Origin: an uncultured delta proteobacterium
GTDB lineage: Bacteria > Myxococcota_A > Polyangia > Polyangiales > Polyangiaceae
DNA: 64,000 bases
Direction: 5' to 3'
NCBI GenBank assembly: GCA_963841435.1
Contig: CAWJCS010000006.1
Coordinates: 576,001-640,000, forward strand
In this document: positions 53,716-62,050 of the stretch, piece by piece
Layout of the letters: each line of letters begins with the position of its first letter
Numbering within the stretch: position 1 is the first letter of the stretch
The notes under the pieces: generated by a model
What the model was told of the DNA's origin: nothing
Seen by the model: the letters and a program-made list of their open reading frames with translations, nothing else
Databases searched by the model: none
Translations under genes and position numbers: made by a program

Positions 53716-55044
53716 ATGCCTCGCTGGCTCGCGCCAGACGACCCGCGGCGGCGCCTCGTGCTTGCGAGCGCCGTGTACCTGCTGACGACGGGCGTCTTCC
53801 TGCTCACGGCGGCGCCTGCGACGCTCGGCGGCCACACGCCGTACGACCACTTCGCCTTGCTCGCCGAGGCCTGGCTCGACGGACGGCTCGATCTTGGCGG
53901 CGCGCCGCCCGCCTACGCCGGCATGAACGACTTCGCGCGTTTCGACGGCCGCTGGTACGTGCCGTTCCCGCCGTTCCCCGCGCTGCTGCTGCTGCCGTTC
54001 GTCGCGCTTTCGGGGTCGGCCGAGGCGCTCCCCGACGGTCTCGTGTTCCTACTGCTCGCAGGGGTCGCGCCCGCGGTGCTTTGGCTTGCGCTGGAGAAGC
54101 TCCGCGCGATGAGGCGCAGCCCGCGCAGCGAACGGCAGAACCTCGGGCTGTCGCTGCTGTTCGCCTTCGGCACGGTCTACTTCTTCACCGCAGAGCAGGG
54201 CACGGTCTGGTACGCCGCGCACGTCGTGGGCGCCGGGCTCGCCGCGCTCTATCTGCTCTTTGCGCTCGACGCCGAGCGTCCGGTGCTCGCTGGCATCGCG
54301 CTCGGCCTCGGGTTCGCCACGCGCGCCCCGCTGCTCTTCGCGGTGCCGCTGTTCGTGTCCGAGTTGTGGCGAAAATGCGTGCCCTCGGACTTCTGCTCGC
54401 TCGACGCCCCTCGAAGGGCGCTCGAGCTGCTCGATCGTCCGCGCTTCGTCCGCGGGATGCTGTGCTTCCTCGCTCCGATCGGCGTCGTATTTTGCGCGAC
54501 GCTCTGGCACAACCAGGCCCGCTTCGGGGACCCCTTCGAGGTCGGTTACCGCTACCTCGAGGTGGTGTGGCGATCGCGCATCGAGAGGTGGGGGCTCTTT
54601 GGCTACCACTATCTCGGGCGAAACCTCGCCGTGGTGCTCACGAGCTTGCCCTGGCTCGGCGACCCCGTCACACCCTTCCGCATCAGCGCGCACGGGCTCG
54701 CGCTCTGGGTCACGACGCCCGCCTACCTCTACCTTCCGTTTCCCAAGTTGCGCCGCGCGCCGCACCTCGCGCTCGCCGTCACGGCCGCCGCCGTCGCCCT
54801 ACCGAGCCTATTTTACCAAAATTCGGGCTGGGTTCAGTTCGGCTACCGATTCTCCAACGACTACGCCGTCTTTCTCTTCGCGCTCCTCGCGATGGGCGGG
54901 AGGCGCTTCGGTCTCTTGTTCGGTCTCCTGGCCGCCTGGGCGGTCGGGCTCAATGCCTTCGGTGCGCTGACGTTCAATCGCGAGAGTGGGGCAGGTGTGT
55001 ACGTGATCGAGCGCACGCAGCGCGTCATCCATCAGCCCGACTGA
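53716..55044 (+). CDS. Polytopic membrane protein, GT-C-like (lipid-linked sugar transferase-like)
   Basis: About 10 TM segments; HFALLAEAWLDGRL, YVPFPPFPALL, HNQARFGDPFEVGY, QFGYRFSNDY. Confidence 0.6.
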   Translation: MPRWLAPDDPRRRLVLASAVYLLTTGVFLLTAAPATLGGHTPYDHFALLAEAWLDGRLDLGGAPPAYAGMNDFARFDGRWYVPFPPFPALLLLPFVALSGSAEALPDGLVFLLLAGVAPAVLWLALEKLRAMRRSPRSERQNLGLSLLFAFGTVYFFTAEQGTVWYAAHVVGAGLAALYLLFALDAERPVLAGIALGLGFATRAPLLFAVPLFVSELWRKCVPSDFCSLDAPRRALELLDRPRFVRGMLCFLAPIGVVFCATLWHNQARFGDPFEVGYRYLEVVWRSRIERWGLFGYHYLGRNLAVVLTSLPWLGDPVTPFRISAHGLALWVTTPAYLYLPFPKLRRAPHLALAVTAAAVALPSLFYQNSGWVQFGYRFSNDYAVFLFALLAMGGRRFGLLFGLLAAWAVGLNAFGALTFNRESGAGVYVIERTQRVIHQPD

Positions 55045-55128
55045 CGAGGGTGCGGGGCCGAGCGCGCTCTCGTGCCCGAAGCGGCCGAAAGAATGCTAAG
55101 AGGGGCGCAAGAAAAGGAGTCAACACCC

Positions 55129-55557
55129 ATGGCGATTCGTAGCTCCAGTGCTCGATGGGAAGGTGATCTGAAGAGCGGCAACGGGACGATGACGGTCGGC
55201 AAGGACCGTTACACGGGGCCGTTCAGCTTCGCGACGCGCTTCGAGGACAGCCCGGGGCTGAACCCCGAAGAGCTCGTCGCCGCGGCGCATGCCGGCTGCT
55301 TCTCGATGGCGTTTTCGAACGGCCTCGCCAAGGCGGGCTTCACGCCGCGCCAGGTCTCGACGCGCGCCGACGTGCACTTCGGCCCGGACCCCGCCGGCGG
55401 CGCTCACGTCTCCAAGATCGAGCTCATCAGCGAAGCGGACGTGCCGGGTATCGACAACGCGAAGTTCCAAGCGCTCGCGGAAGAGACCCGTCTCGGTTGC
55501 CCCATCAGTAAGCTGATGAAGGCCGAGATCGTCGTCAAGGCGACGCTGAAGAGCTGA
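55129..55557 (+). CDS. osmC: OsmC family peroxiredoxin
   Basis: WEGDLKSG.G, RFE..PG.NPEELVAAAHAGCFSM, CPIS; AAGGAG RBS. Confidence 0.92.
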   Translation: MAIRSSSARWEGDLKSGNGTMTVGKDRYTGPFSFATRFEDSPGLNPEELVAAAHAGCFSMAFSNGLAKAGFTPRQVSTRADVHFGPDPAGGAHVSKIELISEADVPGIDNAKFQALAEETRLGCPISKLMKAEIVVKATLKS

Positions 55558-56350
55558 CCTTCGGCGCGGGCCTCTTGGCTTTCGCTGCTGGCCCGCGCTG
55601 AATCGTCACGCTTTCGATGACGGGCGGCTTCACCGGCCGCTCGCCCTTCACCTCAACGCTCGCAAGCTTCGCGATCACGTCGTCGGGCGTGCACGAGCCG
55701 AAGATCGTGTAGCTCCTGTCGAGGTGCGGGGCGGCGGCGTCGGTGATGAAAAACTGCATGCCGTTCGTGTTGGGGCCCCGGTTCGCCATGCACATGAGGC
55801 CGCGGCGGTCGTGCTTGGCGCCCGACCAGATTTCGTCGGGGATCACGTAGCCGGGCTCACCGCCGCCCGTGCCGAGCGGGTCACCTCCCTGGATCATGAA
55901 GCCCTTGATGACGCGGTGAAACTTGGTCCCGTTGTACGCGAGGTTTTTGACCCACTCGCCCGTCGGCGCGCGGTAGGGGCGTAGACCGCGCGCGAGCCCG
56001 ACGAAGTTTGCGACGGTGAGCGGCGCCTTGTCCTCGTAAAGCTCGCACTCGAGCGTGCCGAGGTCCGTCTTCAGTGTCGCCATGAGCGGGCCCTTGCCCG
56101 AGAGGCCCTGGGTGGCTTCTTCGAGCGTGAACGAGCCGTGCTTCGGATCGCCGCCCGGCGCCAGAGCCGCGCCGGCGGAAGCCGCGGGCACCGCTTCCTT
56201 TGCGGTGCTCGCAGTGGCGGCCTGCTTCGGCGGCGACGGGGGCGGCGGTGGGGTGTCCCCGGTGGACACGGGCTCGGGCGGCGTGGACTGGCACGAAACG
56301 GCGAGGAGCGAAGCGAGACCGATGCCATGCACGAGACGAACGAGACGCAT
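55535..56350 (-). CDS. Cyclophilin-type peptidyl-prolyl isomerase, lipoprotein
   Basis: Lipobox LAVS|C; APLTVANFVGLA, FHRVIKGFMIQGGDP, MANRGPNTNG.QFFIT. Confidence 0.92.
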   Translation of the reverse strand: MRLVRLVHGIGLASLLAVSCQSTPPEPVSTGDTPPPPPSPPKQAATASTAKEAVPAASAGAALAPGGDPKHGSFTLEEATQGLSGKGPLMATLKTDLGTLECELYEDKAPLTVANFVGLARGLRPYRAPTGEWVKNLAYNGTKFHRVIKGFMIQGGDPLGTGGGEPGYVIPDEIWSGAKHDRRGLMCMANRGPNTNGMQFFITDAAAPHLDRSYTIFGSCTPDDVIAKLASVEVKGERPVKPPVIESVTIQRGPAAKAKRPAPKVSSSASP

Positions 56351-56438
56351 AAGAGAGCCTTTCGAGTGAGCGGAACGGATCACGAGAGGCGCGGGCAGGA
56401 AACGCCCCGACGCGAAGTCAAATCACCGGCGACGGTCG

Positions 56439-57116
56439 TCAAGGGCCCGAGAGCTCGATGTCGGTTGCCATGCCCGGCTCGACGCCGTGGCGCCGAGACC
56501 ACCCCGCATTGACCTCCAGCACGTAGGCGGCCGGGCAGGGGACCGAGCGGGGCGCTTCGTTCAACACCGGGACCTGCTCGAGGATTCCGGCGACGTGCCC
56601 ATCCTTGGCGAGGAACAGCATGTCGAGCGGGATGCACGTGTTCTTCATCCAGAAGACCCGGTGGCCCTCGGCCGGCCAGGAAAAGAGCATGCCCTTTTCA
56701 CGGCCGAGGTTCCTTCGGTACATCAGGCCGCGCTCGGACTCGACCGGCGTCCGGGCGACCTCAACGTCAATCGTCGGCGCCCCGGGCGCGTCGGGAAAGG
56801 CGACTTTGCCCTTCTTCATGACGGGCGGCGAGGAGGCGGGATCCTTGGGGCAGCTGGTCGCTGGCTTGGCCGTCGGCGGGGGCTCGGCCCGGGGCACGAC
56901 GCAACGGCCCGCGTCGAGGGTCGCCGGCGGGTTCGGCGCGCCTTGCGACGCCGCGGTGGCCGCTGGTGCGGAGCGCGTGACGGCGGCGTTCGCGGGGATG
57001 GTTGGTGGCGTGCTCGGCTGCACGGGGTCCGGTGTGGGAGCCGGCGCAGGCTCCTCGACTCGCTGACAGCTCGAGCCGAGTAGCGCGGAGATGGCGAGCA
57101 GGAGCGGGGCGCGCAT
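56439..57116 (-). CDS. DUF192 family lipoprotein
   Basis: LLGSS|C; EVA.T..ERGLMYR, GMLF, FWMKNTCIPLDMLF, VLEVNAG. Confidence 0.88.
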   Translation of the reverse strand: MRAPLLLAISALLGSSCQRVEEPAPAPTPDPVQPSTPPTIPANAAVTRSAPAATAASQGAPNPPATLDAGRCVVPRAEPPPTAKPATSCPKDPASSPPVMKKGKVAFPDAPGAPTIDVEVARTPVESERGLMYRRNLGREKGMLFSWPAEGHRVFWMKNTCIPLDMLFLAKDGHVAGILEQVPVLNEAPRSVPCPAAYVLEVNAGWSRRHGVEPGMATDIELSGP

Positions 57117-57198
57117 GCGCTCGCGTTCTACCACTTTGTCACGGCGATTCGTGGACCTCGATTGCGAGGCTCTTCGGCTCGGCTATAAGTTCAGCGTG

Positions 57199-57819
57199 AT
57201 GTGGTCGGGGCGCTTTCTTAGGCTCGAGGTCGGCGCGCGGGCTCTTTTCGGGCTCGGCTTCGTCTGGCTCGTGCTCGGTGCCGCGCCCGCGTGCAGTGGC
57301 CATTCCGAGACCATCTTCCTCGAGCCTGCCGCAGGAGCGGCCGGCAGCACGGCGGGCTCGGGCGGTCGTGGCGGCGCGGGCAGCGGAGGCAGCGCCGGCG
57401 CGAGCGCCGGTCGCGACGCCGGCGTGCCCGACGACGCCGATACGGACGCCGACGACCCGTATCACGAGCCCCCGTGCCCCGACGAGCCGGCGCCCCCGGG
57501 TGAGGTCGATTGCGACATCTTCTCCACGCCTTCGGGGTGTCCTGAGGGAACGGGTTGCTATCCGGACCTCGTGCATCCGTTCGGCGATGGCTGCGACCAG
57601 CAGACGCTGAGCCTCGTGTGCCGCCCCGCCGGCCTCGGTGTCGAGGGGGACCTGTGCGGCATCGGAACGGGCGGCTGCGCTCCCGGTTACACGTGCATCG
57701 TGGGGGCGGAATCGGGCAAGCGCTGCCTGAGAGTGTGCGATCCGAACGGAGGGCTCCGGTGCCCCGCGGGGTCGATTTGCGGCGAGACCGACGCGGACGG
57801 CATCGGGGTTTGCTCGTGA
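57199..57819 (+). CDS. Gly-rich, Cys-rich putative lipoprotein
   Basis: AAPA|CSG signal, G/S/A linker, DAG motif, disulfide-rich C-terminus. Confidence 0.7.
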   Translation: MWSGRFLRLEVGARALFGLGFVWLVLGAAPACSGHSETIFLEPAAGAAGSTAGSGGRGGAGSGGSAGASAGRDAGVPDDADTDADDPYHEPPCPDEPAPPGEVDCDIFSTPSGCPEGTGCYPDLVHPFGDGCDQQTLSLVCRPAGLGVEGDLCGIGTGGCAPGYTCIVGAESGKRCLRVCDPNGGLRCPAGSICGETDADGIGVCS

Positions 57820-59417
57820 GCCGGGCGCGGCTCCTCGCGTTTTCCCTGCTCCTCGTCTGCTCCGCCTGTGGAAGGACGGGTCTTTGGAGCTTCGGCGAGG
57901 AGGGCGGCAGCGGGGCTCAGGCAGGCACCTCGAACGCGCCCGTCAACGAATGCTCGTACGACACCGATTGTGCGCCGAGCGGCCCCTGCGTCGTCGCACG
58001 TTGTGAGCTGTCGCTCGAACCGAGCGAGCACCTCGCGTGCGTACAAGAAGCGGTTGCTTGCGACGACGGTGACGCCTGCAGCCTCGACCAGTGCAACCCC
58101 GAGACCGGTGCGTGCGAGCACGAGCGCCCGGGAGATTTCGACGGTGACGGCTTCCTCGGCGTCGCGCCGCGTGGCACACCGCCATCTTGCGGCGGTGACG
58201 ATTGCGACGACTCCGACCCGCGCATCCATCCCGGCGCGCCCGAAACGTGCGACGGCAAAGACGAGAACTGCAACGGCATCATCGACGACGGCGCGGTGTA
58301 CGTGCCGGCGGCGTCACCCGTCCGGCTCGTGCCCGCCGTTTCGCGCTCGCAGCACGGCGGCATCGCCTTCGACGGCGACGCGTACGGTGTCACCTACACC
58401 GACAAGGCGGATTCGAACCGCGATCGCAGCTTCTTTTCCCTCTTCGACGAAAATGGCGCCGCGTTGGGCGACCCCACCCCCGTGAGCGAGATCAACGCCG
58501 ATACGTACGCCGGGGCCCTGGCGTTCTCCGGCGGGAGCTTCCTCACGGCGTGGGCCGATGCCCGCCAGGCGGGAAACTACGAGATCTACGCGACCCGATT
58601 CAGCAGCAACGCCGAGGAGCTCCAGGCCGATCTTCGCCTCACCGAGGCCCCCGACTTCTCGCTCCGGCCCGTGGTGGCGTGGACGGGCAACGACTACGTC
58701 GTCGTGTGGGAGGACCATCGCACGGAGCGCGACGACGGCAACGTGAGGGTCTTCGGGCGGCGCCTGTCGAAGCTCGGCACGCTCGACGGCATGGGCGGCG
58801 AGGTCGAGCTCTCGGCTCCGGACGAATCGGGGCAGTATCCGGCGTTTGCGCTCGGCGAGCAGGTGATCGGCGTCACGTACGCCGTGCTCGATCCCGTGAC
58901 GGACGTCTCGCGGGTGATGTTTCGAACGGTCGATTTCTCGCTGGGAAATCCCTCGCCGCCGGTCTCGCTCGGCGAAAACGCCCAGGAGCCGAGCATTGCC
59001 TGGCTGGGCGACCGTTTCGTCGTGGCTTGGCACACGGGAACCGTCGGGAGCTGGGGGAGCGCGATCCTGGGCGCGACCGTCGACGAGCGTTCGGCGGTGC
59101 TCGCGAAGGGGCCGCTCACGGCGGGTGACAGCTATGCCCGCTCGCGGACGCTCGTTTCGCTCGGTGACCGCGTCGGGCTCGTGTGGTCCGGCGCCGGGGT
59201 CGACGGCAACTACGACCTTTACTTCGAAATCCTGTCGCGCGACCTCGGCGTCGTTCAAGCGCGCCAGACGCTGGCCACCGGTCCCGGATTCTCGGTCGAT
59301 CCACTCGCGACGCTCGGACCCGACGGCGACATCGCCGTCCTGTTCGACGAGAACGACACGCCGCGGCTCGACTCGTACTTCGTGCGCTTGAGCTGCCGGA
59401 TCTTCTCGCTCCGCTGA
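57816..59417 (+). CDS. Lipoprotein with MopE-like putative metal-binding repeat and beta-propeller-like C-terminus
   Basis: CSA|CGR; CDDGDACSLDQC; DCDDSDPRIHPGAPETCDGKDENCNGIIDD; repeated P.VAW.G..Y.V.W.D units. Confidence 0.75.
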   Translation: MSRARLLAFSLLLVCSACGRTGLWSFGEEGGSGAQAGTSNAPVNECSYDTDCAPSGPCVVARCELSLEPSEHLACVQEAVACDDGDACSLDQCNPETGACEHERPGDFDGDGFLGVAPRGTPPSCGGDDCDDSDPRIHPGAPETCDGKDENCNGIIDDGAVYVPAASPVRLVPAVSRSQHGGIAFDGDAYGVTYTDKADSNRDRSFFSLFDENGAALGDPTPVSEINADTYAGALAFSGGSFLTAWADARQAGNYEIYATRFSSNAEELQADLRLTEAPDFSLRPVVAWTGNDYVVVWEDHRTERDDGNVRVFGRRLSKLGTLDGMGGEVELSAPDESGQYPAFALGEQVIGVTYAVLDPVTDVSRVMFRTVDFSLGNPSPPVSLGENAQEPSIAWLGDRFVVAWHTGTVGSWGSAILGATVDERSAVLAKGPLTAGDSYARSRTLVSLGDRVGLVWSGAGVDGNYDLYFEILSRDLGVVQARQTLATGPGFSVDPLATLGPDGDIAVLFDENDTPRLDSYFVRLSCRIFSLR

Positions 59418-59429
59418 GCGGCTTCGGCT

Positions 59430-60347
59430 TCAGGCCCTGCGCAGGCGGGGTCGCCCGGCCTGGTGCACCTTGCCCGGCAGGGCGCGGCCCACGAGCGTTT
59501 CCGCCACGCGGCCGGCCTCGATGAGCCGATCGAGATCGACGCCCGTCTTCACGCCCATGCCCTCGAGCATGTAAACGAGATCCTCGGTGGCGAGGTTGCC
59601 GGCGGCACCGGGCGCGTAGGGGCAGCCGCCCAGGCCGCCGACCGAGGCGTCGAAGTCCCGCACGCCGAGCTCCAGCCCGACGAGGCAATTGGCGAGCGCC
59701 GTGCCGCGCGTGTCGTGAAAATGGAGCGCCAGGCGTGATGGCTCGTGCTCGGCGAGGAACGCACGCACGATGTCGCGGGTCTGCTTGGGGGTTCCGACGC
59801 CAATCGTGTCGCCGAGCGAGACCTGATAGCAGTCGAGCTCGATGAGCTCGCGCGCGATGGCGAGCGAGCGCGCCACCGGGACGTCACCCTCGTAGGGGCA
59901 ACCCCACACCGTCGACAGGTACGCCCTCACGCGCAGACCGGCGGCGCGTGCCGGAGGGACCACCTCGCGGAAGGTGTCGAGCGACTGCTCGATGGATTTG
60001 TTGGTGTTCTTCCGGTTGTGGGTCTCGGATGCCGAGAGAAAGACGGCGATTTCCTGGATCCCCGCGTGCAGCGCGCGCTCGAGGCCCGTGGCGTTCGGCA
60101 CGAGAGCGCTGAACGTCACGCCCTCGGGAGGCGGCAGCGCCGCGATCAGCTCGTCCGCATCGGCGAGCTGCGGAACCCAGCGCGGCGACACGAAGCTCGT
60201 GACCTCGATGCGCCGCAGCCCCGCCGCGACGAGCGCGCGGAGCAAACGAAGCTTGTCGGGTAACGAAAGCGGCGCGGCTTCGTTCTGCAGCCCGTCGCGC
60301 GGCGAGACCTCGACCAGCGACACCTCGGCCGGAAGCGCGTCGAGCAT
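59430..60347 (-). CDS. Hydroxymethylglutaryl-CoA lyase
   Basis: EVSPRDGLQNE, SFVSPRWVPQ, LGDTIG, HFHDT.G.ALAN, GLGGCPYAPGA.GN. Confidence 0.93.
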   Translation of the reverse strand: MLDALPAEVSLVEVSPRDGLQNEAAPLSLPDKLRLLRALVAAGLRRIEVTSFVSPRWVPQLADADELIAALPPPEGVTFSALVPNATGLERALHAGIQEIAVFLSASETHNRKNTNKSIEQSLDTFREVVPPARAAGLRVRAYLSTVWGCPYEGDVPVARSLAIARELIELDCYQVSLGDTIGVGTPKQTRDIVRAFLAEHEPSRLALHFHDTRGTALANCLVGLELGVRDFDASVGGLGGCPYAPGAAGNLATEDLVYMLEGMGVKTGVDLDRLIEAGRVAETLVGRALPGKVHQAGRPRLRRA

Positions 60348-60377
60348 GCCCTACAGTGTAGCTCCCCGCGGCCCGGC

Positions 60378-61826
60378 TCACACGTCGAGCAGGCGCATTT
60401 GCCGCTGACGCGGGTGTGGCACGAACGCAATCGGGTACTCTCCCGACCAGCACGCGTGACAGAAGGCGCCGTCGCCGAGCGGCTGCCCGGCGACGGGCAG
60501 CGAGCGGTGGGTGCTGCGCCCCGTCGCCTCGGTGCGCGCCGCAATGACCGCTTCCTGCATGCGGTCGAGCGAGAGGTACGCCAGGGTATCGCTCGTGATG
60601 TACTGGTTGATCTCCTCGACGGAGTGCGACGAAGCGATGAGCTCGCCGCGCGTCGGGGTGTCGATGCCGTAGTAGCAGGGCCACTGCGTGGGGGGGCTCG
60701 AGATGCGCATGTGCACCTCGCGCGCGCCCGCGTCGCGCAGCATCTTGACGATTTTGCGGCTCGTGGTTCCGCGAATGATGCTGTCGTCGACGACGACGAC
60801 GCGCTTGTCGCGCAGAGCGGCGCTCACGGGGTTGAGCTTCAGGCGCACGCCGAAGTGCCGGATGCTCTGCTGCGGCTCGATGAAGGTGCGCCCGACGTAG
60901 TGGCTGCGCACGAGCCCGAGCTCGAACGGAATGCCCGCCGCCTCGGCGTAGCCGATCGTCGCCGGCACACCGGAGTCCGGCACGGGCACGACAACGTCCG
61001 CTTCGATCCCGTGCTCGAGGGCGAGCGCGCGCCCGAGGTTCTTGCGCGCTTCGTAGACGCTGACGCCGTCGAGGTTCGAATCCGGCCGCGCGAAGTAGAC
61101 GTATTCGAAGATGCAGGTCTTGCGCCGCTGCTCGACGAACGGGTGCATGCTGCGAAGCCCCGTGCGATCGATGATGGCCATCTCGCCAGGCTCAACGTCG
61201 CGAAAGTAGTCCGCGTCGATCAGATCGAAGCTCGTCGGCTCGCTCGCGACCACCCAGGCGCCCGTCTCGCGCAGCTTGCCCAGGCACAGCGGGCGAATGC
61301 CCATCGGATCGCGCACGGCGATCAGCGCCTGGGTCGTGAGGCAGAGCAGCGAGTAGGCGCCTTGCACCTGCGACAGCGCGTCGGCGACGCGGTCCTCGCT
61401 GGCGCGCTGCGTGCTGATGGCGCAAAGGTGCACGATGACCTCGGTGTCGCTCGTGCTCTGGAAGATCGAGCCGCGCGCCTCGAGCTTCTCGCGGAGCGCC
61501 TCGGCGTTCGTGAGGTTGCCGTTGTGGGCTACGGCGATCGAGCCGCGCGAGTAGTCCACGGCGATGGGCTGGGCGTTCTTGAGCATCGAGCCGCCGGCCG
61601 TCGAGTAGCGCACGTGCCCGATGGCGACGGTGCCGCGCAGGCGGGCGATCTGGTCGGGTGGAAACACGTCGATGACGTGTCCCATGCCTCGGTAGGCGGC
61701 GAGCTGATTGCCGTCCGAGGTGACGATGCCCGCGCTCTCCTGCCCCCGGTGCTGCAGCGCATGCAGCCCCAGGTACGTGAGGTTGGCCGCTTCAGGGTGG
61801 CCGTAGATGCCGAAGACGCCGCACAT
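60378..61826 (-). CDS. purF: Amidophosphoribosyltransferase
   Basis: MCGVFG, LQHRGQESAG, GHVRYST, HNGNL, VVVDDSIIRGTT, CYYGID. Confidence 0.97.
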   Translation of the reverse strand: MCGVFGIYGHPEAANLTYLGLHALQHRGQESAGIVTSDGNQLAAYRGMGHVIDVFPPDQIARLRGTVAIGHVRYSTAGGSMLKNAQPIAVDYSRGSIAVAHNGNLTNAEALREKLEARGSIFQSTSDTEVIVHLCAISTQRASEDRVADALSQVQGAYSLLCLTTQALIAVRDPMGIRPLCLGKLRETGAWVVASEPTSFDLIDADYFRDVEPGEMAIIDRTGLRSMHPFVEQRRKTCIFEYVYFARPDSNLDGVSVYEARKNLGRALALEHGIEADVVVPVPDSGVPATIGYAEAAGIPFELGLVRSHYVGRTFIEPQQSIRHFGVRLKLNPVSAALRDKRVVVVDDSIIRGTTSRKIVKMLRDAGAREVHMRISSPPTQWPCYYGIDTPTRGELIASSHSVEEINQYITSDTLAYLSLDRMQEAVIAARTEATGRSTHRSLPVAGQPLGDGAFCHACWSGEYPIAFVPHPRQRQMRLLDV

Positions 61827-62050
61827 CAGGGACCCGTGTGGGTAATTGGGGGAGAGTGTTAGCAGATATTTTCCTCGGCTCCGGCTCGGCGCACGAAACG
61901 TGCGCCCGCGCGCGTCCGCGTGGGGCGAAACCGAGGTGCCGCCCGCGATTTCTCGGCTTCCCGGCCGGTGCTCGGATGCCCCGGTCGCTCGAAAGCGCGT
62001 GAAGAGGGCTCGTCATGCCACCTGGCTCCGCTATTCTCGGGGGCCAAGCA

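Noticed and set aside
61827-62050. Possible ZTP or purine riboswitch before purF (hairpin GGCGCACG-aaa-CGTGCGCC at 61888-61906)
   Set aside because: Conserved ZTP and purine aptamer motifs are absent, and a -10-like box lies between the hairpin and purF
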